Source of the DNA: an uncultured Oscillospiraceae bacterium
GTDB lineage: Bacteria; Bacillota; Clostridia; Christensenellales; Aristaeellaceae
Direction of reading: 5' to 3'
DNA: 64,000 nt
Assembly (NCBI GenBank): GCA_964408185.1
Contig: CAYOYK010000007.1
Location: forward strand, 4,232-68,231
Shown here: positions 47,565 to 56,046 of the stretch, in pieces
Layout: every line of letters starts with the position of its first letter
How positions within the stretch are numbered: the stretch's first letter is position 1
Notes under the pieces: model-generated
Told to the model about the DNA's origin: nothing
The model's database searches: none
The model's input: the letters and a program-made list of their open reading frames with translations, nothing else
Translations under genes and position numbers: made by a program

Positions 47565-47597
47565 CCCCCGCCTCCCCATCGGGCGGGGAGGCGGGGG
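47565..47597 (-). terminator. intrinsic terminator of htpG
   Basis: 13-bp stem CCCCCGCCTCCCC / GGGGAGGCGGGGG, followed on the minus strand by TTTT. It lies 20 nt after the htpG stop. Confidence 0.65.
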
Positions 47598-47617
47598 CGT
47601 GCGGTAACGGCAGTCGG

Positions 47618-49507
47618 TCAGTCCACCATGCTCAGCAGCTTGGCGCTGCGCGTCAGGAACGCGCCGATCTCGTCTTTTTCCAGCGGACGCGTGCTCATGC
47701 GCGCCAAATCGTACAGCTGGGAGGCGATCAGCTCCCTGCGCTCGCCGTCCTCGCGCACGATCAGCTTGCTAACCACGGGGCTCTGGCTGTTGAGCACCAG
47801 CGTGTGGTGCTCCGGCATGGAGAAATCCTGCCCGTAGATCTTGCCCATCTCGCTGAAGCGGCGGCCCTGCTCGTCCTGCGTGAGCAGCGCGGCGGGCGCG
47901 TCCGGGGCCAGCTCGCGCAGCTGCACGGTCAGCTCCTTTTCGCCGGTCACGTTCTCAAACAGGGTTTTGAGCGCGGCTTCGGTATCCTCGTGCGCCTTTT
48001 TCTCGTCGTCGGTCTGCTCCGGGCTCTCGCTAAAGGCGCTCGCGTCCGCGTCCACGCGGGCGAATTGCAGGCCCTCCACCCCGGCGGAGTATTCCATAAA
48101 GCTCATGAAATTCAGGTCGATGATCGCGTCCAGCACGGCCACGTCGATGCCCTTCTGCTCGTAAAGCGCAACGGAGGCTGCCTGCCGGGTAGGATCGCTG
48201 GTGTAGTAGAGCTTTTTGCCGCAAGCGCCCTCGTTCTTGCTCAGGTACTCGTTCAGCGTAAGGTAGTCGCCCTTGGTGGTCTTAAACAGCAGGGTGTCCT
48301 TTACGGCCTCAAAGAACTTGCCGTCGCGCATGCAGCCGTACTTGACAAACGGGTGGATATCGTCCCAATAGGTTTGATACTGCTCGCGGCTCTCGTTAAA
48401 CAGCGAGGTCAGGCGATCGGCCACCTTGCGCGTGATATACGCGGACAGCTTTTTGACATAGCCGTCGTTTTGCAGGAAGGAGCGGCTCACGTTCAGCGGC
48501 AGGTCGGGGCAGTCGATCACGCCCTTGAGCAGCATCAGGAATTCGGGAATGACCTCCTTGATGTTATCGGCCACGAACACCTGACCGCTGAACAGCTTGA
48601 TCTCGCCCTCGCGGGTGCCAAAATCGTTGCTCAGCTTGGGGAAGTACAGAATGCCTTTGAGGTTGAAGGGATAGTCCACGTTCAGATGCACGTAGAACAG
48701 CGGGTCCTCGTACACATGGAACATGTGCTTGTAGAAGGACTTGTACTCCTCGTCGGTGCATTCCTTGGGGTCCTTGAGCCAGAGGGCGGGCGTATCGTTG
48801 ATGCGCTCAGGCTCGTTCACCTTTTCCTCGGCGGCTTCAGCCTCCGGAGCCTCGTCGGCCTTCGGCTCGTCGCTTGGCGCGACGGGCTTGGGTTCGTTGA
48901 TCACGTCCAAGTAGACGGGCGTGTTCATGTAGCCGCAGTAGCGCGTCAGGACCTCGCGCACGCGGTATTCCTGCAAAAACTCCTTTTCCTCCTCCGCGAT
49001 ATGCAGGATGATGTCCGTGCCGCGCTCGGCGCGCGTGCCGTCGGCCATCTCGAAGGTCATGCCGTCGGGGCTTTCCCAATGCACGGCGGTCGCGCCCTCG
49101 CTGCCGGAGAGCGTCTCGATGGTCACGTTGTCCGCGACCATGAACGCGGAGTAGAAGCCAAGGCCAAAATGGCCGATGATGCCGCTCTTGTCGCTGCCCT
49201 CGTAGCTTTTGAGGAATTCCTCCGCGCCGGAGAAGGCCACCTGATTGATGTACTTTTGCACTTCCTCGGCGGTCATGCCGATGCCGTTATCGGCAAAGCG
49301 CAGCTCGCCGTTCTTCGCGTCGATGGTCACGGTAACGCGGTACTCGTCGGCGGAGTCGGGGGCAAGCATGCGCTGCTTTTGCACGGCGTCGCAGCCGTTG
49401 CTCACCAGCTCGCGGATAAAAATATCCTTGTCGGAGTACAGCCAGCGCTTGATGATGGGCATGATGTTTTGCGCGTGGATGGAAAGGTTGCCGGATTGAG
49501 TCGCCAT
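47618..49507 (-). CDS. htpG: molecular chaperone HtpG (Hsp90)
   Basis: 629 aa. N-terminal GHKL ATPase block (IFIRELVSNGCDA, DNGIGMT, IGHFGLGFYSAF) and full-length Hsp90 architecture. RBS GGAGG. Confidence 0.97.
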   Translation of the reverse strand: MATQSGNLSIHAQNIMPIIKRWLYSDKDIFIRELVSNGCDAVQKQRMLAPDSADEYRVTVTIDAKNGELRFADNGIGMTAEEVQKYINQVAFSGAEEFLKSYEGSDKSGIIGHFGLGFYSAFMVADNVTIETLSGSEGATAVHWESPDGMTFEMADGTRAERGTDIILHIAEEEKEFLQEYRVREVLTRYCGYMNTPVYLDVINEPKPVAPSDEPKADEAPEAEAAEEKVNEPERINDTPALWLKDPKECTDEEYKSFYKHMFHVYEDPLFYVHLNVDYPFNLKGILYFPKLSNDFGTREGEIKLFSGQVFVADNIKEVIPEFLMLLKGVIDCPDLPLNVSRSFLQNDGYVKKLSAYITRKVADRLTSLFNESREQYQTYWDDIHPFVKYGCMRDGKFFEAVKDTLLFKTTKGDYLTLNEYLSKNEGACGKKLYYTSDPTRQAASVALYEQKGIDVAVLDAIIDLNFMSFMEYSAGVEGLQFARVDADASAFSESPEQTDDEKKAHEDTEAALKTLFENVTGEKELTVQLRELAPDAPAALLTQDEQGRRFSEMGKIYGQDFSMPEHHTLVLNSQSPVVSKLIVREDGERRELIASQLYDLARMSTRPLEKDEIGAFLTRSAKLLSMVD

Positions 49508-49574
49508 AAGGATCTACCTCCTGAAAAACGCTAAAAATACGGATCGTCGGAAGAGCGTTTGCGGTTCCATGCGT

Positions 49575-49603
49575 ATTGTATCAGAGCTGGAAGCGTTTTG
49601 CAA
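49575..49603 (-). promoter_or_regulatory. sigma-A-type promoter candidate for htpG
   Basis: Minus strand: TTGCAA, a 17-nt spacer, then TACAAT, about 60 nt upstream of the ATG. Confidence 0.5.
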
Positions 49604-49610
49604 TCACAAA

Positions 49611-49637
49611 TTAGCACTCAGCGGAGCGGAGTGCTAA
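49611..49637. promoter_or_regulatory. CIRCE operator (HrcA binding site), perfect consensus
   Basis: TTAGCACTC-AGCGGAGCG-GAGTGCTAA matches TTAGCACTC-N9-GAGTGCTAA exactly. It lies 7 nt upstream of the htpG -35 candidate. Confidence 0.85.
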
Positions 49638-49692
49638 CAAAGCGAGAATCCACAACAAAAAATAATGCGAATCGGGTGTGCGCGGTGCGCAA

Positions 49693-49998
49693 CCGACGGA
49701 CGGCGCGTGGCCGACAGACGGCACTCAACCGACAGGCGGCGCATGACCGATAGGCAGCGTATATCCGACAGGCAACATATGGCCGACAGGCAACATATGG
49801 CCGATAGGCAGCGTATATCCGACAGGCAGCGTATCGCCGATAGGCGGCGTATGGCCGATAGGCAACGTATATCCGACAGGCAACATATGACCGATAGACG
49901 GCGTATGGCCGATAGGCAACGTATATCCGACAGGCAACATATGGCCGATAGGCAACGTATATCCGACAGACAACATATCGCCGATAGGCGGCGCGTCC
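49693..49998. repeat. tandem array of 17 copies of an 18-bp unit (two alternating variants, CCGATAGGCARCGTATAT and CCGACAGGCAACATATGG)
   Basis: I counted the units directly. The phase is exact at 49747, 49801 and 49981. The array lies between the 3' end of the GT2 gene and the htpG control region. Confidence 0.95.
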
Positions 49999-50065
49999 GC
50001 GCCGGGCGCGCGCAAATCACCCGCGCCCCATTCGGCAGCAGCGCAGGCCGCGCAATCCCTCCCGC

Positions 50066-51058
50066 CTATCGCAAGAGCCTCCGCGCGGTCCGATACACGC
50101 CGCGGTAGGCTGCCCGATAAACCGGCCAGCCCAGCCGTAAACAGCGGTACAGCGCTCGCTGGCTGGCGGTAAAGCCCGCGCGGTGCAGCGAGCAGCCCGG
50201 ATCGGCCAACAGTGTTTGCCGAGCCTCGATGCGCGCCTCGCGCGCCCATGCCGCGTTCCGCTCGCCTGCGGGAGCCTCCGCGATGCGCTGGCACACCATC
50301 AGCGCGTCCATCAGCCGGAAGCGTCGGGCGGCCTCCTCGGCCTCCGGGCAGAACGCCCGCGCCAGCGTCTGCATGCGCTGGCAGGCCGCCAGAGACGAGC
50401 ATTTTTTCGCGGTCAGCCGCCCAAGCATCGCGCTGCCCGGCTGGACGGTGTAGCGGTGCAGCGGCGCGGGAAAGAACGAGGTTTCCCCCGGCGCTTGCAG
50501 ATATCGCAGCAAAAACAGCATGTCCTCGTAAATGTGCACATCCTCATCGAAGCGCGTGTCGCTTTTGCGCAGCAGCTTGGCGTGCAGCGTGCCGTCAAAG
50601 GGCGCGCCCCGCAGCATGGCAAGCGCGGCCTGATCGTGCGGGTAGGCTTGCGCTTGAGGGATGGCGGGCCGGCTCATCAGGCGGTCGTTCTCATCCACGC
50701 GCTGATCTGTGCCCACCGTCATGCGCACGCCGGGCCCGGTCATACGCGCAAGCAGCTCCGCCATGGCAGTTGGCTCCAGCGCGTCGTCTGCGTCGAGGAA
50801 CAGCCAGTACTCGCCCTGCGCTTGCTCCAGCGCCAGATTGCGGGCGCGGCTCACGCCGCCGTTCTCCGTGTGGATGGGCCTGACGCGCGGGTCGGCGGCC
50901 GCGTACCGCTCCAGCACCGCGAGTGTGCCGTCGGTCGAGCCGTCGTCCGTCGCGAGCAGCTCAAAGTCGGCGTAGGTCTGCGCCAGCGCGCTCTCGATGC
51001 AGCGGGGAAGGGTTCTCTCGGCGTTATAGGCCGGAACGATCAGGCTGATGGTCGGCAT
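50066..51058 (-). CDS. family-2 glycosyltransferase
   Basis: Internal ATG at 51058 (RBS AAAGGAG). ISLIVPAYNAERTLPRCIESALAQTYADFELLATDDGSTDGT, and a DAD (DxD) motif in LFLDADDAL. Confidence 0.9.
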   Translation of the reverse strand: MPTISLIVPAYNAERTLPRCIESALAQTYADFELLATDDGSTDGTLAVLERYAAADPRVRPIHTENGGVSRARNLALEQAQGEYWLFLDADDALEPTAMAELLARMTGPGVRMTVGTDQRVDENDRLMSRPAIPQAQAYPHDQAALAMLRGAPFDGTLHAKLLRKSDTRFDEDVHIYEDMLFLLRYLQAPGETSFFPAPLHRYTVQPGSAMLGRLTAKKCSSLAACQRMQTLARAFCPEAEEAARRFRLMDALMVCQRIAEAPAGERNAAWAREARIEARQTLLADPGCSLHRAGFTASQRALYRCLRLGWPVYRAAYRGVYRTARRLLR

Positions 51059-51193
51059 AGGCGCTCCTTTCGGTTGTGCTTGCGGGTTCAGTATAGCGCA
51101 AAACCGCGCGTTTTTCAACGGTGCATAGGCGGCTTGAAAACCGCGCCCGATTCTGGTACACTAGAGCAAATTCTGCAAGGGGGGCTTATCGGG

Positions 51194-51931
51194 ATGCAAG
51201 CGATGATTTTGGCCGCGGGGCTTGGCAAGCGCCTGCGTCCGCTCACCGATACCATGCCCAAGGCGCTGGTGCCGGTAAACGGCGTTCCGCTTCTTTTACA
51301 CGCGTTGGACTGCCTGAGCTGCTTTGAGATCAGCGACGTGATTCTGGTGGTCGGCCACCGCAAGGGCGATATCATCGGCGTGGTGGGTCACGAGTATAAC
51401 GGCATGAAGATCACCTACGTCGAGAATCCCGATTACGAGACCACCAACAACGTCTACTCGCTCTATCTGGCGCGGGATTATGTCAAGGATGACTGCCTGA
51501 TGCTGGAATGCGATATCTACTATACGACCGATTTGATTGAGCGTCTGCTATCCGGCAAGGCGGCCTGCAACATTCTGGTCAGCCCCTTCCGCGCCGAAAC
51601 CATGAACGGCTCGGTCGTTTTTTGCGATGCGGGGGATCGCGTCACGTCCCTCGTCATCAAGCGCGATCAGGGCGAGGATTTCGACTATTCGCACGCGCTC
51701 AAGACGGTCAATGCCTACCTGTTTAAAGACGGCTGGATGCGGCGCGTGCTGATGCCCAACCTGGAGACCTATGTGCGCACGCAGGGGGTCAACAGCTACT
51801 ATGAGCTGGTGATCGGCGGGCTGATTTACTATGGCAACAGCGATATACAGGTCGTCCGCATCCCGGATGACCGCTGGTACGAGATCGACGATCAGGACGA
51901 CCTGCGCAAGGCCGAGGAGGCCAAGCTGTGA
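51194..51931 (+). CDS. sugar/alcohol-phosphate nucleotidyltransferase (LicC/ispD-like NTP-transferase)
   Basis: 245-aa tail of ORF 50183-51931. N-terminus MILAAGLGKRLRPLTDTMPKALVPV. Confidence 0.85.
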   Translation: MQAMILAAGLGKRLRPLTDTMPKALVPVNGVPLLLHALDCLSCFEISDVILVVGHRKGDIIGVVGHEYNGMKITYVENPDYETTNNVYSLYLARDYVKDDCLMLECDIYYTTDLIERLLSGKAACNILVSPFRAETMNGSVVFCDAGDRVTSLVIKRDQGEDFDYSHALKTVNAYLFKDGWMRRVLMPNLETYVRTQGVNSYYELVIGGLIYYGNSDIQVVRIPDDRWYEIDDQDDLRKAEEAKL

Positions 51932-52659
51932 AGGCTGGGGCCATCGGGGTGCTGGGCGGAATGGGCTCGCTGGCGACCGCTGATTTCTTCACGCGGCTGG
52001 TGCGCGCCTTCCCTGCCGAAAAGGAGTGGGATCGCCCCCGCATCGTGGTGGATAACGCCTGCCAGATGCCCAGCCGCGTTCGGGCCATCCTGTACGGCGA
52101 GCGCCGCGAGGAGCTGATAGCCGCGCTGGCGGGCGGCCTCGCGGGCCTTGCCGCGCAAGGCTGTACGGATATCGTGCTTGCGTGCAACACCAGCCATGTC
52201 TTTCTGCCGGAGGTTCTCCCGCTTGCCGAGGAGCAGTCCGGCGGCCGTCCGTTCCGGGTCTGGCACATCCTTGAGCTGCTGGGCGAGGAGCTGCGCCGGG
52301 ACGGCGTTCGCCGCGTCAGCCTGATCGCCACGGAGGGCACCATCCTGTCGGGGATTTATCCGCGGGTGCTGGCTAAATACGGCGTGCAGGTGGATTGCGA
52401 GGGCGAGGCCGCCTTTGCCGAGCTTCGTTTCCTCATCGAGGCCGTCAAGTGCGACCGAATCGACGCGGAGGCGCTGCGGCGGTTCTGCGCGCTGCTGGAG
52501 CGCCAGCCCTGCGCCGACGTGGTGCTGGGCTGCACGGAGTTTCCCATTCTGCGCGGCGCGCTGGGCGACCGCGAGGCGACGCTGACCAAGCGTCTGCGCG
52601 ATCCGCTGGCCTCCGCTCTCGACGCGCTGAAGGCCGAATATCTGGGGGCGAACGCATGA
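51928..52659 (+). CDS. Asp/Glu/hydantoin-racemase family protein (aspartate racemase-like)
   Basis: GTG at 51928 overlaps the previous stop. GVLGGMGSLATADFF, and two catalytic-Cys blocks, ACNTSH and LGCTEFP. Confidence 0.85.
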   Translation: MKAGAIGVLGGMGSLATADFFTRLVRAFPAEKEWDRPRIVVDNACQMPSRVRAILYGERREELIAALAGGLAGLAAQGCTDIVLACNTSHVFLPEVLPLAEEQSGGRPFRVWHILELLGEELRRDGVRRVSLIATEGTILSGIYPRVLAKYGVQVDCEGEAAFAELRFLIEAVKCDRIDAEALRRFCALLERQPCADVVLGCTEFPILRGALGDREATLTKRLRDPLASALDALKAEYLGANA

Positions 52660-53840
52660 GCTTGCTCGGCGCGGTCAAGGCGCCGCTTCGCGCCGCGCGC
52701 AACGCCTACTATCGGCGCTGGCCCGCGCTGCGCCGCGCCCTGACCGGACGGCGGCGTATATTGCTGTACGTCAACAACCAAGCCATGTCGTCGCATATCT
52801 GGCGGTACTATGAGTGCGTGCAGGATGAGCGCGGCCTCGATTTTTCCTTGTACGAGCCGGAGGGCGCGCTGACCAACGCCGCCGCCGACGTGTTTGAGCA
52901 AAACGTCGCCGCGAGCCGCATCCGCCGCTGCAAGCATCCGGGCTTCGTCGCGTGGGATCTGATCGTCTGCGCGGATATGCGAACCCCCGCCAGCTTTACG
53001 CGGGAGATGACGCCCCTGCTGTACGTCAACCATGGCCTGCACATCGTCTCCATGGATGGCGGCGCGCGCCTGTACTGCTATGGGGACAGCGCGCTGGATG
53101 AGCGCGGGCAGCCCAAGTTTACGCGCATGCTGGAAAGCAACCGGCACATCGTCCGGGAAATGGCGACATTCGATCCTCGCTTCGCGCCGCGCATCGTGTG
53201 GTCGGGCTTCAAGTTTGCGGGCAGCATCGCGGACGCGGTCGCCGCCCGCGCGGAAATCCGCCGCCGGATGGGCGTGCCGGAAAACGTCTGCCTCGTAGGC
53301 TTTTTTGGCACGTGGCGGGAGCACAGCCTGTTCCACGCGCTGGGCCCCGGCTTGTTTGACGCGTGCGAGGCGCTGCGGCCGGAGGGCTATCAATTCCTGT
53401 TTTCCATCCATCCCAAGGAGTATGGTCGGTACGCCCCGGATATCGAGCCGATGGGCGAGTTGGTGGAGAGCCAGCGCGCGCGCGGCATGCTGGTGCGCAG
53501 CCCCGGCGAGCCCTTCGAGCCCGCCATGGCCGCCTGCGATATCGTCGTGTCCGATTACAGCTCCATGGCCGAGAGCGCGATCATCGCCGGGCGAAAGCTG
53601 GTCTTCAGCCCGTACCCGGACGGCATGGTTTGGAAGCGCAGCCTCACCGCCGAGGCGCGGCGCGCGCTGCCCACGCTGCCGGACGTATCGCGCCTGCGCG
53701 AGGTGCTGGACGCGGTACGCGCCGCGCCGCTTGATCCGTTCATCGCAGACGCTCGGCTTCAGCTCGTCCGCGCCGATCACGACCAAGTCGTCCGCGACGT
53801 GACGCGCGAGCTGCTGCAAAAGGAGGCGCGCCGTGCCTGA
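52656..53840 (+). CDS. CDP-glycerol glycerophosphotransferase-like (TagB/TagF family) protein
   Basis: Internal ATG at 52656 (ATGA overlap). The C-terminal block CDIVVSDYSSMAESAI resembles the TagF-family ITDYSS motif. The assignment is tentative. Confidence 0.55.
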   Translation: MSLLGAVKAPLRAARNAYYRRWPALRRALTGRRRILLYVNNQAMSSHIWRYYECVQDERGLDFSLYEPEGALTNAAADVFEQNVAASRIRRCKHPGFVAWDLIVCADMRTPASFTREMTPLLYVNHGLHIVSMDGGARLYCYGDSALDERGQPKFTRMLESNRHIVREMATFDPRFAPRIVWSGFKFAGSIADAVAARAEIRRRMGVPENVCLVGFFGTWREHSLFHALGPGLFDACEALRPEGYQFLFSIHPKEYGRYAPDIEPMGELVESQRARGMLVRSPGEPFEPAMAACDIVVSDYSSMAESAIIAGRKLVFSPYPDGMVWKRSLTAEARRALPTLPDVSRLREVLDAVRAAPLDPFIADARLQLVRADHDQVVRDVTRELLQKEARRA

Positions 53841-55434
53841 CGCTTCCCGCACGCGCAACAGCGCGCGCAACGCCACCATGAGCCTGCTCACGCAGGCGCT
53901 CGGCCTGCTGCTCTCCTTTGCGGGGCGGCTTGTATTCGTGCGCACGCTGGGCGAGGAATACTTGGGCATCTCCGGCTGGTTCAGCAACATCCTCAGCATC
54001 CTCAGCATCAGCGAGCTTGGCATCGGCACGGCCATTGTGGTCAGCCTGTACAAGCCGCTTGCCTCCGGCAACGAGGGCCGCATCCGCGCGAGCATCCGGC
54101 TGCTCCGACGCGCGTACTACTGTGTGGGCGCGGCGGTGCTGACGCTTGGCCTGTGCCTGCTGCCCTTCTTGGACGTGCTGGTCAACAAGCAGACCGAGCT
54201 GGTCGATCTGCGCGTCTGCTATTTGCTGTTCCTGAGCCAATCCGTGTTCAGCTATCTGTTTTGCGGCTACAAGACGGCCATCTTCACCGCCGATCAGCGC
54301 CAGAGCCGCGTCAACCTGATCCAGTGCGTCGTCAACGCGGCGGTCACGCTCTGCCAGATCGTGACGCTGCTGCTGTGGCGCAACTACTACCTGTACGTCG
54401 TCTATTTGGTGGCGGGAGCCGCGCTCAAAAACCTGCTCGTCGCCGCCAGCGCCAACCGGGAGTATCCCTACCTGCGCCATGTCACGCGCCTGCGCCCGGA
54501 GGAGGACGATAGGGCGTTGCTGCCCACGGCGGAGCGAAAGGGCATCTTTCACAACCTGTTTGGGCTAAGCCTCTACCGCTTGAGCGGCACGGTGCTCAAC
54601 GCCACGGACAACTTGGTGCTGGGCAAATGGATCGGCTTTGCGATCATAGGCGTGTACAGCAACTATCTGCTGGTCATTACCGCGCTGACCACCATGTTCC
54701 AGCTCGTGTTCCAGAGCTTTACGGCCAGCGTGGGCAACCTCAACGTCACGGAATCCTCGGAGCGCAAGGCGTTTGTGTTCCGCTGCCTGAACCAGCTGGA
54801 CGGCTGGCTGTACGGCTTTGCGGCGGTTTGCCTTTTGGTGCTCATCGATCCGTTTATTACGCTGGTTTTTGGCCCCGAATGGGTCTTTGCCGACGCGTGG
54901 GTAACGCCGATCATCGCGCTCAACTTCCTGACCAGCGGCCTGCTGGAAACCACCATCATGTACAAGGACGCGTGCGGGCTGTTCTGGCAGGGCCGCTTTC
55001 GGCCTGTGTTCTCCGCAGGGCTGAACATCGTGCTGTCCATCTGGTGGGTGGGGCCGTGGGGGATCGCGGGCGTGCTGGCCGCCACCATCGTCAGTCGGCT
55101 GCTCACCACATGGTGGTTTGACCCGTGGATGGTGCATCATTACGCGCTGAAAACAAGCTGCAAGGGGTACTTCCTGCGCACGCTCGCCGTTGTGGGCGTA
55201 TTTGCCGCGCTGGGCGCGGGCCTGACGCTTCTGCGCAACGCCCTCTTCCCGATGGATTCCCTTCCCGGCTTTTTGGCAATGATGTTGCTTTGCGCCACGA
55301 TCCCCAACGCGGCGTTCTACCTGATGTATCGGCGCACGCCGGAGTTTGCCTACACGCTGCGCACGGCCAAGGGACTGCTGGGCCGCGTGCTGCATAAGGC
55401 CAAGCGTCCGGACGAAGCCGACCAAGACGCCTGA
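53833..55434 (+). CDS. polysaccharide/teichoic-acid flippase (Wzx/MOP superfamily)
   Basis: 533 aa, about 14 TM. The N-terminus (ARNATMSLLTQALGLLLSF..R..FVRTLG.EYLG) is typical of polysaccharide biosynthesis exporters. It overlaps the previous gene by 8 nt. Confidence 0.8.
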   Translation: MPDASRTRNSARNATMSLLTQALGLLLSFAGRLVFVRTLGEEYLGISGWFSNILSILSISELGIGTAIVVSLYKPLASGNEGRIRASIRLLRRAYYCVGAAVLTLGLCLLPFLDVLVNKQTELVDLRVCYLLFLSQSVFSYLFCGYKTAIFTADQRQSRVNLIQCVVNAAVTLCQIVTLLLWRNYYLYVVYLVAGAALKNLLVAASANREYPYLRHVTRLRPEEDDRALLPTAERKGIFHNLFGLSLYRLSGTVLNATDNLVLGKWIGFAIIGVYSNYLLVITALTTMFQLVFQSFTASVGNLNVTESSERKAFVFRCLNQLDGWLYGFAAVCLLVLIDPFITLVFGPEWVFADAWVTPIIALNFLTSGLLETTIMYKDACGLFWQGRFRPVFSAGLNIVLSIWWVGPWGIAGVLAATIVSRLLTTWWFDPWMVHHYALKTSCKGYFLRTLAVVGVFAALGAGLTLLRNALFPMDSLPGFLAMMLLCATIPNAAFYLMYRRTPEFAYTLRTAKGLLGRVLHKAKRPDEADQDA

Positions 55435-55445
55435 AACCGACAAAA

Positions 55446-55475
55446 AGCCCTCCGGCGTGTCCGGAGGGCTTTTTT
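55446..55475. terminator. bidirectional intrinsic terminator
   Basis: Stem AGCCCTCCGG / CCGGAGGGCT, 5-nt loop. A-tract on the 5' side and TTTTT on the 3' side. It lies between convergent genes. Confidence 0.75.
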
Positions 55476-55510
55476 GTCAGCGCGGCGCTTGCGTGCCTGC
55501 GACGCTCCTG

Positions 55511-56041
55511 TCAGCGCGGCGTTTGTATGCCGCGGGCGGCTCTTCTTGTCAGCTTGACCAGCGGCCCGCCCAGCAGCAGCGCCAGCACGAAGTTGCCCGC
55601 GCAATGCACCAGATCAAACGGAATGCCGCTGATAAAGTAGCTTGCCGCCAGCCCCGGCCCGCCGACAAACAGGTAGGGGATCGCGCACAGCAGCCCAAAC
55701 AGCAGCCCAAACGCGCCTGATATCACCGCCCAGAGAACCGGGCTGTCCAGCGCGCGCAGCGCGTACACAACGACGCAAAGGACGGCCCACACATACAGGT
55801 AGTTGATCGTCCAAAGGGACAGCCCGTACAGCAGCACCTCCAGCAGCACAAACACATAGGCGATCAGCAGCGCCTTGAGGCCGAACACGCGGGTAAAGAC
55901 CATCAGCAGCAGACTGACAGGCTCAATGTTGGGAAGCTGTGCCATGGCGACCTGCAGCGCGAAGGTCAGCGCGGCCAGCAGCGCAAAGAGCACCAGCTCG
56001 TAGGTAGTCAAAACCGGGCGACGTCTGGGCCGGCTGGTCAT
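55511..56041 (-). CDS. ECF-transporter S-component-like membrane protein (CbrT-like by context)
   Basis: 176-aa tail of ORF 55511-56617, 5-6 TM. It starts 6 nt after the DUF4430-like gene and lies downstream of a cobalamin riboswitch. Confidence 0.55.
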   Translation of the reverse strand: MTSRPRRRPVLTTYELVLFALLAALTFALQVAMAQLPNIEPVSLLLMVFTRVFGLKALLIAYVFVLLEVLLYGLSLWTINYLYVWAVLCVVVYALRALDSPVLWAVISGAFGLLFGLLCAIPYLFVGGPGLAASYFISGIPFDLVHCAGNFVLALLLGGPLVKLTRRAARGIQTPR

Positions 56042-56046
56042 GGCGC

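Noticed and set aside
47501-49534. Plus-strand 677-aa ORF.
   Set aside because: It is antisense to htpG, whose identity is unambiguous.
49634-50402. ORFs across the 18-bp array: 49665-50108 (+, DRQRIS repeats), 49634-50020 (-), 49725-50402 (-). I also considered a CRISPR interpretation.
   Set aside because: There are no spacers and no RBS. The ORFs overlap the GT2 gene or the htpG control region, and several frames are open simply because the unit lacks stops. I kept the array as a repeat feature and as a finding, not as a CDS.
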